NCBI GenBank assembly: GCA_964276515.1
Contig: OZ193909.1
Location: 6,696,001-6,760,000, forward strand
Direction: 5' to 3'
Length of the DNA: 64,000 nucleotides
DNA from: Gordius albopunctatus
Lineage: Eukaryota
Positions within the stretch are counted from its first letter, which is position 1; each line of letters opens with the position of its first letter. Of this stretch, positions 50,387 to 62,170 are shown piece after piece. Under the pieces are notes generated by a model that was not told the origin of the DNA, did not search any database, and worked only from the letters and a program-made list of their open reading frames with translations. The position numbers and the translations under genes are program-made.

Positions 50387-53300
50387 ATGGATACCAACCA
50401 AGTTGATGACGTCCAAATTAAATCGGAAAACGCTATGTTTTTAAATTGTCCCCTTCAATCGTATAAATCCTCGCTTATGGTTTCTCCAGATGCCCTTTTC
50501 ACGATTCGACGAATAACATCTGAGTCTAGCAAACTTGGATACATAATTGAATGCCTCCCACAAGAAGTCACAATAGATATCCAAGATTACTTGGAGAAAC
50601 ACTACCATCCGGTCAGCTATCATCGAACGCACAAAAAAATCGGACTCAGCAGGATTCCACGACCTACTAACGTGGATTTGGGCGATCGTACACCCTCACA
50701 ACTCTATAGACACATGAAAAACCTCCTGGGTACCTCCAAAATGGACGACATCATTTTAAAACAACTGTGGTTGGAAAAACTGGACAACAACATGGCCAGC
50801 ATATTGGCGATCTGTGCAAGTGAGCAGACGTTAGTCAAGCTAGCTGAAACAGCTGATAAAATCGCGGAAACGTACCATATGCCGCAAATATCCAACGCCG
50901 CCCCTGCCACACAGAGATCCCGCAACGATATTGAGGCGCTCAGAGACATGGTCAATAGACTGAGCGTGAGCATCGAGACATTACGGCAAGAGGTCAGTCA
51001 AAAAATCGTTTTCGGTCGAGAAGTAGGTCTACATCAAGGCGATTTCGATCCCCGTTTCAACCCCACGCAGACTTTCCCCAGGATTGGTGTTGGTATCACC
51101 AAAGATATAAGGAAAAGGCCACGAAATGCAGACAACCTTGCAATTATATCCCGATTTCCTCGTCAAACCCATGCCTGCCAGAATCCGCGACACCTGGTTC
51201 AGGCCATAACATCAGTCGCTTATTTTTTATTTTCGATGAATCAACGAAATTTCGTTTTTTAATAGACACTGGCGCAGAACTAAGTGTCATACCACCCCCA
51301 CGTAACCACCATATCACCCCTTCACACATCCGCCTCCAAGCTGCAAACATTAGTTCCATACTGACCTATGGCCAGAAATCAATGGAACTGGACCTTAGCT
51401 TACGGAGAAGTTTTCAGTTGGTTTTTACCATCGCCGACGTTGAGACGCCGATCATCGGGGCTGATTTTAAATCATTATAACCTCCTCGTTGATATACGCC
51501 GCAAATGTTTGTTAGACCCTAAGACTACTTTAAAGTCTTATGGGCGATATATTGATTCGAGCTTGTACAATTTACCACTCGCAATAAAGATCGATTCACC
51601 GTATTTTAAAAATGATTTAAAAGAGTTCCCCGAGATTTATGCCCCTCCAAATTACAGGTCATGCGTAAGCCACCAAGTAGTCCACCACATACGTACACTA
51701 GGACCACCCGTTTATGCCAGACCTGGACGCTTAGATCCTGTCAAGCTAAAAATTGACAAACAGGAGTTTGCTCACATGCTCGAACTCGGCATAATTCAAC
51801 CCTCAGAAAGCTCCTGGAGTTCTCCATTGCACATGGTACCGAAAAAAACTCCTGGAGATTAGCGAGCCCTTAACGTTATAACGATACCGGATCGTTACCC
51901 CTTGCCACACCTGCACGATTTTTCACTTAACCTAGCCGGCACAACCATCTATACAAAAATAGATTTAGTCAGAGCTTACCATCAAATACCTGTAGCCTTG
52001 GAAGACATCGCAAAGACGGCAATAACCACACATTTCGGTCTTTATGAATTTATGCGAATGCCTTTTGGTTTACGAAATGCTGCTCAAACATTCCAACGCT
52101 TCATTGACCAAGCTCTCCGTGGTCTTAATTTCGCCTTCGCATATTTGGACGATATTTTTATCGCAAGTACATCAACTAACGATTAAGAGATTTGGATATA
52201 AAGATCAACCTGGACAAGTGCCAATGGGGACGTGCTTCCTTGGATTTCCTAGGACATCAAGTTTCCCCACAAGGTTTGACGCCAATACCAGAGAAGATCT
52301 CAGCCATCAAAAATTTTGCCACCCCGATCACTATGACACAACTACGTTGTTTCGTGGGAATGGTAAATTTTTACAGGCGTTTTATACCCAACTGTGCACT
52401 CCATCTACAACCACTGACTGATCTCCTCAACGACGCAAAAGGACCTTTGGACATGACGCAGAGCGCACACGACGCATTCCACAAGATTAAAATAATGCTC
52501 GATGAAATCTCGACCCTTAATCATTTAGTGGATGGCACCATCATGGTGCCAACATCTCTATTACAACCGACGCGTCAAACTCTGCCATTGGAGCCGTTCT
52601 ACATCAGATCGTAAAAGGGGAAATTAGTCCTTTATCCTTTTTCTCCCTGAAATTGAGCAAAACTCGATATCGATTCCATACAACAACCAAACTCCATCCA
52701 ACAATCTAACACACCACTCACAGAAAGAATTTCTGTGACACAAAAACAAGAGCAATATCAACTAGAAGAGCTCGAAAGTCTTAAACTGGAACAACGCGTA
52801 ATTCCAGGTAAATATTTAACTATTACGTGCGATACATCTACATCGACTTCTAGACCTTTAGTACCTAGGACGCTCCGACGCATAGTTTTTAATCAACTAC
52901 ATAGTCTTTCTCACCCAGCCTTAGGCCCAACACTTAAACTAATTGCCCAAAGTTTCGTATGGCTAGGAATGAACAAAGATGTACGCGATTGGACAAAGCA
53001 ATGCATTGAATGTCAAAAATATTTATACCTAAAAACTCAAAATGTACATAATTACATGTCAGGTAAAAAATCAAATATACAATCTCATCTTATTACCGTG
53101 CAATCCATCATTTTATGCTCAACATGCTTAATTTCTTATAAAACTATAATATAATAACTTTATAATATACCATGAGCAAATTTTGTAAGTAACTAAAAAA
53201 GTTTAACAAAAGCAATTCAATCTACTATCTGCTCGAATTTCCTGCTCAAGCTCCTGCTAAATTTTTTAACAGATTTGGCTGCTTCGACTAACTTCTCGAG

Positions 53301-54409
53301 CATTTTTATGTGCTACTGTTAAAACTAACGCACCGAACAGTTAGCACTCATTGTGCTAAACTAGCATATTACCCAGCTACTGTTCGTGCTCGCGTTTTTA
53401 GTTGAAGCTGCTTAGCAATTTAATAACTATACGTAATATCAACCCCAGGCACGTTCGCTGAACCAGACGTAAGGTTTAGCCACTTACATGTAGATCTCGT
53501 CGGACCCTTACCACCTTCTAACGGCCACATTTATATTTTTACTGCCGTTGATCGTTTCACCCGATGGCCGATTGCAATTCCCATTATTGACGCAACAGCC
53601 GAAACCTTTGCACGCACATTTGCCAACTTTGGTGTTCCGGCGACATTAACCACGGACCGGGGACCGCAATTCCAATCTGCCCTTTTTAAACAATTATCTA
53701 TTTTATTAGGGTATCATCATATCACTACGACAGCTTACCATCCACAAGCCAATGGGATGGTAGAGCAATTTTACCGACAGCTCAAAAGTGCAATCATGAC
53801 GAAAGGTGACGTTACCCGTTGGTCCGAACTTATTCCCCTTGTACTCCTAAAGATTCGCAACACCGTCAAGGAAGACCACGCCTGTTCAAGCGCGGAGTTG
53901 GTATACGGTACTTCATTACGACTCCCGGGAGATTTTTTACAACCGTCGGATTGCGACATAAACGCCGCCGATTACATCCAACGCCTTAGACAGCAGTTCG
54001 AGGATGTACGATTTACACCTTCCAGACCATCGAACATCAAATGTCCGAAAATTTATTTACATCAACTCATGTTTTTATAAGGACTGATCGGTTACGCAAA
54101 GCCTTGGTTCCCCCCCCCCCCCATGAAGGACCTTTCAAAGTGATTGAAAAACATACTAATTTTTTTTTCATAGACCACAATGGGAGGAAAGACACTGTCT
54201 CGATTGATCGATTAAAGCCAGCTTTCCTCGAGCCTAAGGTTGATAACCCGAATTCATCAGTTGACCCAAATTCACCCAAACCAAACAATCACTCACCGAC
54301 ACAAAATTTAAACCAACCTACCGTTGTTTCTTCCACAAAATCAAACGTACCACTAACAAGTCTGGTCGACAAGTTCATTGGCCCAAAAAAATTTGTTAAT
54401 TTTATATGA
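50387..54409 (+). pseudogene. Disrupted gag-pol polyprotein of the Gypsy element
   Basis: Several frameshifts, stops at 51860 and 52184, a deletion in RNase H and a ~410-bp insertion (53020-53431) in the integrase. Confidence 0.9.
53227..53429 (-). mobile_element. Diverged TAGAGTTG-family MITE within the integrase insertion
   Basis: Reverse-complement matches to the 61194 copy (ATCTGCTCGA, CTCGAGCATTTTTAT.TGCTACTG, GCACCGAACA, TTAGCAATTTAA.AACT). Confidence 0.7.
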
Positions 54410-54435
54410 ACTCCGTTTTTACCCAGCGGAATATT

Positions 54436-54760
54436 TGTTGCGTCCATTGACTTAATTGTCTCATTTACATTATCTTACTACTTCGCGACGTTAATTGACC
54501 AATGAAGCATACCTCTCGGAGTCGCCAGTAAATGTAATGGATTTATTTATACCTCGCGGAGGCACCACTAAATGTAATTGATTTGTTTATAGCTCGCGGA
54601 GGCACCACTAAACTTAATTGAATTATTCAATTAAGTCACGAGTATATAAAGGTGTTTAAAACACTTCTTAATCACTTACTTTTCTTCCAACGATTTAATT
54701 TAATTGGATATACAATAAAGTAATTATTACTTTATCCTTCTGGTATTTACTTCCCGAAAG
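54436..54760 (+). repeat. 3' LTR, followed by a repeated PBS/leader/gag start to 54885
   Basis: Direct repeat of 49989-50313 at offset 4447. Identity continues to 54885. Confidence 0.85.
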
Positions 54761-55057
54761 TGGTGACCCACCCTTGTCATACGCCCCCTTTTACCCTACC
54801 CTTACCCAACCCTTGTTATACGCAACCTTGTAAATGGATACCAACCAAGTTGATGACGTCCAAATTAAATCGGAAAACGCTATGTATTAAAAAATATTGA
54901 AGCTTCTTATTTTATATTGGGGAAGGCGGAGTCCTGGAAGGCCTCAGGCATCTAAAACACTCCGTATCTTAAAAACTGCATAAAAAACACGCCAAATTTC
55001 GCAGAGATATTCTAGGTAAAATTTTATTAAGCTACCAAAATAGATCATTAAAATTAC

Positions 55058-55186
55058 CATGGGCGTAGCCAGCATTAGAATTAGAGGGGGGCAAAATGAT
55101 CATTTTTTGAAATTTTAGCCATAATTTTGTATAAATTTTTGGATTTAGAAGGGGTAGTTGCCCCCCCTGCCTTGCCTACGCCAATG
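55058..55186. mobile_element. MITE, CATGGGCGTAGCC family
   Basis: CATGGGCGTAGCCAGC ... GCCTACGCCAATG. Confidence 0.75.
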
Positions 55187-55749
55187 AATATCACTAAACT
55201 GCTTTGTACAGCATTTTTAAACGATGACCCCACCTAACATATGGAGTATTAATTATTTAGGGGTACCTGGTGAGGGTATGGGGAGATTTAGTCACAGGTA
55301 TCTATATCTGCCGGACTCAACGACAAAAAGCGATGCCATGTTTCAACGCTTACACTTTTACCTTAGCTCCATTTTTAATATATTTAACATTTATAACGTT
55401 CTCCTTATGCTACAAGAGGAACCGGTAGCCTCTTGAATTGCTGAAGTATGATCAAGAACTTTGTAGAACAAAACGTAATATTTAATTTCAAAGCTGTGTT
55501 TGGACTGAATTGATTATACAACATTCATTTTATTATTGGCCATGGCTTAATGCTTTATAATTAAAAGCGCAACTAGTTTCCCGTTAGCAATATATTGCTA
55601 AATAACCATTTATGGCCCCATTGAAAAAGTGGTTGGAACGATGAAAGATTATTTACTTCCTTACCCTATGCACTTTGGGGAATTTCGACATGTTTAAAAG
55701 TCTAGACAGCATTTAACAAAAATTATTGGGGAGTAAGATTTAAAGTTAG

Positions 55750-56410
55750 AAAATATTTGATCTTAGTTTAATTCTACTTAGAAAGATTAAAGATGACGAT
55801 ACAAATAGTGTTAATGCATTGTGTAAAAGAGAAAAAATGAGATGCATAATCAGTGAAAATAAGAAAAAGTCTCGGATCATAAAATTCACAGCGAGGAGGA
55901 CCGTTAGAGACTCTGCAAGTTTCATCTACCCTGTTGTTAGCAGGTAAAAAATAACTTTCATTATCGATGGTGCTGATGGCATTAGTAAATGCCATTTGAA
56001 TGATCGCTGATGCAAGTGCGCATTGGAAAAATCGCCTGGTGGAATAGGGTAAAAACTTTCAATGACTACTGACCTGTTCGAAGCGCCTGTATTGAAATGA
56101 AATACAGTTTTTAATCAGTAGGTGGCTAAAAATAATTGTCTCTAAGGCGACGGCGATTGAAAATCCTTTTCGAGAAAAAGGAATTTTTTCAACTACTCCG
56201 ATGCTATTATATTCCGTGTAGCGCAATAGTATGCTTGAGTGACGGGGTTGGAGCACAGGTTGCGGGAGAAGGGGTCGCGGGTAATAAAAATTGCCTGAAC
56301 TTTGTTGCAAAGGCTGGGTGTAGCAAGCGGCAGCTGGTTAATTAATAAGTGTTGACTCTAGAAGGGGAATCCTTTTGTAACTTTGCTCTAGGTGGTGGGT
56401 TAGCTAGAAA
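55750..56410 (-). pseudogene. Decayed duplicate of the 62010-62700 exon region
   Basis: Same acceptor context (TAG|CTAAC.CACCAC) and shared peptides (QKDS, QPRHSS, EYNSI, N(R)VDETCRVSNGP vs NRADESCRVVNGP). Similarity extends into the downstream flank. This copy has stops and frameshifts. Confidence 0.7.
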
Positions 56411-56724
56411 CATTACATGGGTTAGGATTAATCGAGAAGGGAAATTAGATAACCTAAGGTTAATAGGGCGCCAAGCGTACAAAAATACCAAAAGTTTTGT
56501 AATAAGGCTTTTATGCAATCAATAAATTACACTATTTTTAATAGATGCTTGTTAGCTCTTAATTTCACTTTTAATTAATGCTGGTAATATTGGTATTATG
56601 GTAAAGTGTTTATTTGCCTTAGCTCTGACACTAGCACTGACTTTCTAACGTTCTAAAGTCTATAGTAAATAAAATGAGAAATAACACACTATATAAAATA
56701 TATGTCCAAATTGCCCGAATCATG

Positions 56725-56818
56725 TTATAGTGTCCTACCGAGCCTGCCCGAAAATCTAATTTTAAGGCAACTACCCGGGCCCACCGGCCAGGCAGCGGCC
56801 GGACTTTTCTGGTCTCTG
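56725..56818. repeat. Dispersed repeat end (CAGAGA-type TIR remnant) shared with ~32655-32742
   Basis: Shared GAAAATCTAATTTTA...CGG.C.GACTTTT...TCTCT. Confidence 0.5.
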
Positions 56819-58307
56819 ATCGTAAGTATGTATAATTGCTGGACTCAGTGGCACAAAGCATGATTTAGTTTTGAGGCTTACATTTTCAACATATTTAATT
56901 TTTAACATTTAGAACATTATTGATTAAATGCAAGAGAAGCTGGTAGCCTTTTGCCTTGAAGTAATCGAGAAATTATATAATATCAAGCGGATCATTTAAT
57001 TTAAAAACCGAGTTTTTAACAAAACGAGTTAATTACACCCTACATGTTATTATTGGTTGAAGCTTAAAATTTTAAGCTTAAGAGCGTAAACTAGGTTCCC
57101 TGGTTATTTCTTTTGTAATATAAATAGCTTATTAACAATTTTCAGGCCCGACCGAAAATTGATCGGAACGATGGCTGACTAAACGTTGTTTATTGCCTTC
57201 ACCTCTGCACTTTGGGGAATTTGACCGTGAGGAGTAAAAGGCGAGGCAGCATTCAAATGTTGAGATGTTTTCCAATTGCGGGAAAAGAGTATACAGAAAG
57301 TCTCGAGAGACTTACTAGGCAGGTCACGCCCCTCCCCCTCCCAGCGGACACAAATACAACGTTGGATACCACATAAATTTTTCCAGCCTTGATTAAAATT
57401 AAAATATCGCTTTTACAATATGGGTGTGGCGAATTGTAGTATATCTATCTACTAAACAACATTTATATTATTTATCTAGGCAAATAAAAATAAGTTAATT
57501 TCCCTCGGGAAACACCTCTCTGTCAAAGCTTTCGATGCGTATAGGTATATTTTTAAATTGGGACGTCCGTACTCCGTAGTGTGCTATACTACACGTTCAC
57601 AATCTTTCTCGATTGGAGTTTAGTTAATACCCTGAAATAAATGGAGTATTAAATGGCTTTGGGACTTAGAATTCCCCAGGTATTTCGTAACCCTTGCATA
57701 CCCTTTTTTGTAATGCTCACCGAAATTAGCCCTCCCCCCCTGATATTATCATTACTTTCTTGAAATCTAAGAGGTTCACTTAAGCTCATAAATAATTGTA
57801 GTAAAAATATAAATGGAGTAAATGAAAGATATGACCAAAGTTTTTATAAACACCTTTACAACTTCTCTTTTTTCCAATAACAATCATTGAACCATAGAAC
57901 AACGTAATATAGGTGGTATAGCAATTTATTAATACTGACGAAAAGGCTTTGGTAGTAATATTAAATAAATGATTGCAGTAGGGGGGGGGCATGCACTTAA
58001 ATTAGATGTTGACTGATCATGTGTTTGCTAATTTCCTCCTAATAAAAATATAAATTAATTTAAGTACAACGTCTCCTGGCCTGCCTTTGTAATAAGCAAT
58101 ATGAAAAATATTTGAGACAGTTCGGGTCTACTACTATTAATACGTACTTACTTAAAACTGCTTTTATCTGTATAAATTAATTAAAAAATTTTTATAGATA
58201 TTTTTGGTCTTAGTCAGTCAAGCTAATTTGTCCTATCCAAATATATAAAAAATTTGATAGGGTTCGGGGTTATTGATTAAATGTAATGACGGTCTGAGCT
58301 TTCTTAC

Positions 58308-60159
58308 TTGCGAATCGTATTCACTATTACAAATATTGCAAATGTAAACGTGACACACGTGCTCCTTGATCAAGTGATTCAAAATTGACCTTTGGCTATT
58401 CAAAGAGAACGAATGTTGCTGACACAACATAGCTCTTGCCCGGTCAAATGCATCGTCCATGGGAGTGAGGTTGTCGAGGTGGTTTGCATTTTTCCAATCA
58501 TATCCTGGGCTATGGGGGAAAAGGGAGAGAAAATGTTGAGCCGCGTGAAATGAGCTTGAAGCCCAACGCAAATAATAATCGTCGGGATGGCGTTCTTCTA
58601 CAAATCAATCACAAATATATGATTATAAATATAATGCATCAAACGCGGATAGAGGAGTATTATAACCGCTTTAAAATTTAAGGCCCCGCCCTCAATCAAA
58701 GGTTATAAATTTAAAAAGTCACAACTTTTTATAAACCAACGCCAAAAGTTTTTTCAATTCTGACCCGACCCGCGTAATTTTCTTTTCCCTAAGCCCTATC
58801 CTGAATGGTTGAAACTAACCTTCCAAATGATTTGGGTACGGAAAAGCCCATGGTATTTGAATCATCTTATCCCCTCTAAATCTAGCGGGCTTATTATAAG
58901 ATTCGAAAGATGTTTCATTTTCAGTCAATGGTGAGGCTAGTGATGGGTTATTGTTGTCTTTGTTATCCATTTCAATCAAATTTTTGTGAATGTCTTCATG
59001 CTCGTCTCTAATACCTGCACTTTCGAATACATGGTGACAGTAGGAACATTTGAAAGGGTCTATAAGCTTAGACTCATTTAATTCTCCGTTTAATTTTGCG
59101 GCTTCCGACAGATTATTATAAACTTTCTTGTTGGAAATATTTGAATCCTTTGCATTCCTTTTGTCCAAATCGGTATTAAAGCTATGGTTAGTATGAGTTT
59201 TTAATTTATATGATGTCGACTCTGGAGAAAATTTATTTATCATATCAGAGTTTTGGTTGATATCTATGGGAACGGAAGCAAAGTTCAGTAAATTTTCATT
59301 CACAGTTTTTAAATCTTTTGAGAATGGAGAAGGAATATATTTTAAAACATAAGCATGATCAGATTCTTTCATCGTAGGGTTGGCGGCGTTATTTTCGTAA
59401 AAAGGGAAGGCATGTTGACGATTAAAAGAAGCTTGATATAAGTTTTTCATCACATTTAATGGCATCAGGAAATTTTTGTTTTTATCGAATGAAAATACAT
59501 CGCAATTTGGAATGCCGGGTCTAGAATCAAACATAGTGCCGTTTTTGGTTATTAAATTTTGTAAAAATTTATGCTCTTGTCCAATCTTCTCACCAAGTCT
59601 ATTCGTAGGGGGACTGTCAAATTCTTGTGAATGTGATTGCGAATGCAAGGGATCCAAGCAACTAAAGCGATTTTGGCAATCGTCACACCAAAATAAGCGT
59701 CGATCTAAGTTAGATAGATAATGAAATGTGTTAAACTTGGTGACAAAAGAATTTAGCATATACACATTTATTCATATTTACCCTGTTTATGTTTCTTCCC
59801 ATGGTTAGTAGGGCGTGAGGGTTTAGGGCTGCAGAAGGGTTTTAAACAATATCTGCAACTAGATGGATCATCAATGTAATTTGGAAATATATTTTTTGCC
59901 ATAAAAGTACCTGGCCAAAAAGGCCCAAACCGGTTAGCCCAAAATGAATTGCGTGGTTTCGAAATGGGGTCATCATTATTCATTTGAGTTTGGGTGAAAG
60001 AATGACTTCTTTTGAGATTACGACATTTTCTACTAGGTAAGAAATCGGGTGGCGTTGAAAATGATTTTGATGTTATAAATTTTCCTAAATTTTCCATCCT
60101 GCCACAATTAACTTTTCGGTTGCTTAAACAATTGGTTTGCTGGATATTAGAGATATGAC
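58308..60159 (-). CDS. Divergent C2H2 zinc-finger protein (partial model, three exons: 60159-59782, 59704-58820, 58597-58308)
   Basis: In-frame GT-AG joins (HKQ-DRRLFWC; HLE-EERHPDD). Finger-like motifs: CRYC..PF...H..KH, FWCDDCQNRF...H..SH, FKCSYCHHVFESAGIRDEHEDIH, LCQQH...ILNHLIKEH, YICNIC. Start and last exons are unresolved. Confidence 0.7.
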
Positions 60160-61193
60160 CTTGAGTGAAAAGCAGAATAGCAATAACAAAACGTATGTTA
60201 CTTTTACAATACAAAAGTTAGACTCACTTTTACGATAATATCGGTTGAAATTTTTAACGGGAATCAACTGTTTCCGTTTGACCATGGAACATATTTGTTG
60301 TTAAATTAGTCAAATTTTCGATTGTCCATAATCATTGAGCCTTTCAAAATTTTATCTATCAAAAATTACTACTGCCTATAAACAAGTCCTCAATCTTATC
60401 GTTCCATCTTCCTCACTACCTTTTATCTTCTCCATTCTGCAATTCGAATTCCCTCCGGACACTAAGACTTTGGGGAAATAAAATGTCGCTCTCAAGAATT
60501 TTTGTTCACGAGTGAGAGAGAAAATATTGTTTGAAAAATGAGATTGAAGAGTTGAACTTATTCCCCAGAGATCCAACCTAAAAAACAAAATAGATGCTCT
60601 CTCCGCTGTTAACGTTAATTTAAACCACCTGTAAAAGGCTGCGACTAGGCCTATTTGAAACTTTTTAATTTGTCTGCCAAATTCACGCATAAAAATCAAT
60701 AAAATGATGAACTGTCTAAAGATAAAATTGGCGTTCTTAAGGGTATTTAACCTTTTCACCAGCATTTGAAACTAGCTTATAACTGTTCATAATAGTTTGA
60801 CTCTAAAACTTTGCCTCTTAACGACTTTAACAATTGGGGGAAAGAGCTATATCCTACCCCACTTTAAAAAGGTGACGACCCTCTACCTACCCATTAAGAA
60901 TATAATAAGATAAAAAAGAAGCATAAGAGTGAAATTGATAGGATCACAATTAAAGTGTACTTTTATATTTGGTCGCAGAAATATTCTTTTTCAGATAAAT
61001 TTTCATTAATCAACCTAATTTTATCTTTGTATTGTACCAAGGCGAGGGTAGCCAGAGGAAGGAAGTAAAGAGGGCAGTTTCCACTCTCCCCTAAATTCAT
61101 TTTTTAAAATATATTAACAAATTATGTTCTAAAAAATCATATTTGTCTCTGCTCCATTCGCCCATTTTAATTGGGTATTATTATATATATAAC

Positions 61194-61396
61194 TAGAGTT
61201 GTTAAATTGCTAACTTTCTTCAAACTCCAGACGAGAGCACGCATACTGGGTTGCTTAATATGCTCGTTAGCATAATATGTGCTCGATGTTCGGTGCACTA
61301 GGCAGAGCAGTAGCATATAAAAATGCTCGAGGGCCGAGCAGAAACTCGAGCAGATGGTGGCTGGAGTTGAAGAAAGTTAGCAATTTAACAACTCTA
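61194..61396. mobile_element. hAT-type MITE, TAGAGTTG family (young copy)
   Basis: ~30-bp perfect TIR TAGAGTTGTTAAATTGCTAACTTTCTTCAA; perfect 8-bp TSD TATATAAC. Confidence 0.93.
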
Positions 61397-62170
61397 TATA
61401 TAACTAAATGATAAATCAGAGGGTTTCTAAAGAAGGCTATATTAAAAAGTAAGGGAAATGTAAAGGCACAGGGTACAAAGACATTATAATATAAGGCTTC
61501 GAAGGATGTTACTGATAATTCAAATAATTTAAGATATATATAACAAAATAATCATTGTTGTGTATATTAATTTATTCAACATATATTTATTTAGGATTAT
61601 AATATATATCTCTAAATAAAATGTATAATAGGGGTATATGCAGAACGTTCTTATTTAATAAAAGAGCAACGTACAATTCCTAAGTTCAATATAAATCTAT
61701 TATTATATCTGAATAGTCCACGTTACGACACAATATAAAATTAAAGTCGCTAAAATAAGCGACCTATTACCATAAATAGTAATGATAAAGAGCTATAATT
61801 TACAAAACATCCGATATAAGAAGACATACACAAACTATTTTCGCGATAAGTGTATTTGCCGTATTTAATATAAATTGAGAGATCGTCAGCTTCGATTTTG
61901 TGATAAAAATACTTGAGCATTGTTCCAAATCGAAAAAGGCCGCCGCCCGTCACCTTGACGCTTCTATCCATCCCATTCATTTTGAAGCAGAGAAGTTGGA
62001 GAGAACTTAATTTAAAAACATTCGATCTTTGGTTAATTTTAAACAGAGAATTTAAAGGAGACGATACAAAAAAGGTGTATGCATTGTTTAAAAGGAGAAA
62101 AGTAAGATGGCCTGCATAATCTATAAATGTGGGGGGGGGGGGTTAGGTTTATAAAAGCGTCTCTTCACAC

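Larger units (their letters stand above)
49989..54885 (+). mobile_element. Decayed Ty3/Gypsy LTR retrotransposon
   Basis: Direct repeats start TGTTGCG at 49989 and 54436. PBS-like TGGTGACCC at 50314. Gag (GDRTPSQL...LWLEKL; CWYH...C...C knuckle at ~51085), protease FLIDTGAELSVIP (~51256), RT ([29 protein letters not shown] ~52142), partial RNase H, integrase (HSLSHP...CIECQK; HVDLVGPLP, DRFTRWP, TDRGPQF, YHPQANGMVE; GPF motif). The order PR-RT-RH-IN identifies Gypsy. Confidence 0.95.

Noticed and set aside
60376..62110. Exons linking the 62-kb exon to the zinc-finger exons (61750-61980 and 60376-60765 ORFs)
   Set aside because: Several incompatible splice options and no recognisable protein signal, so I could not choose a model.
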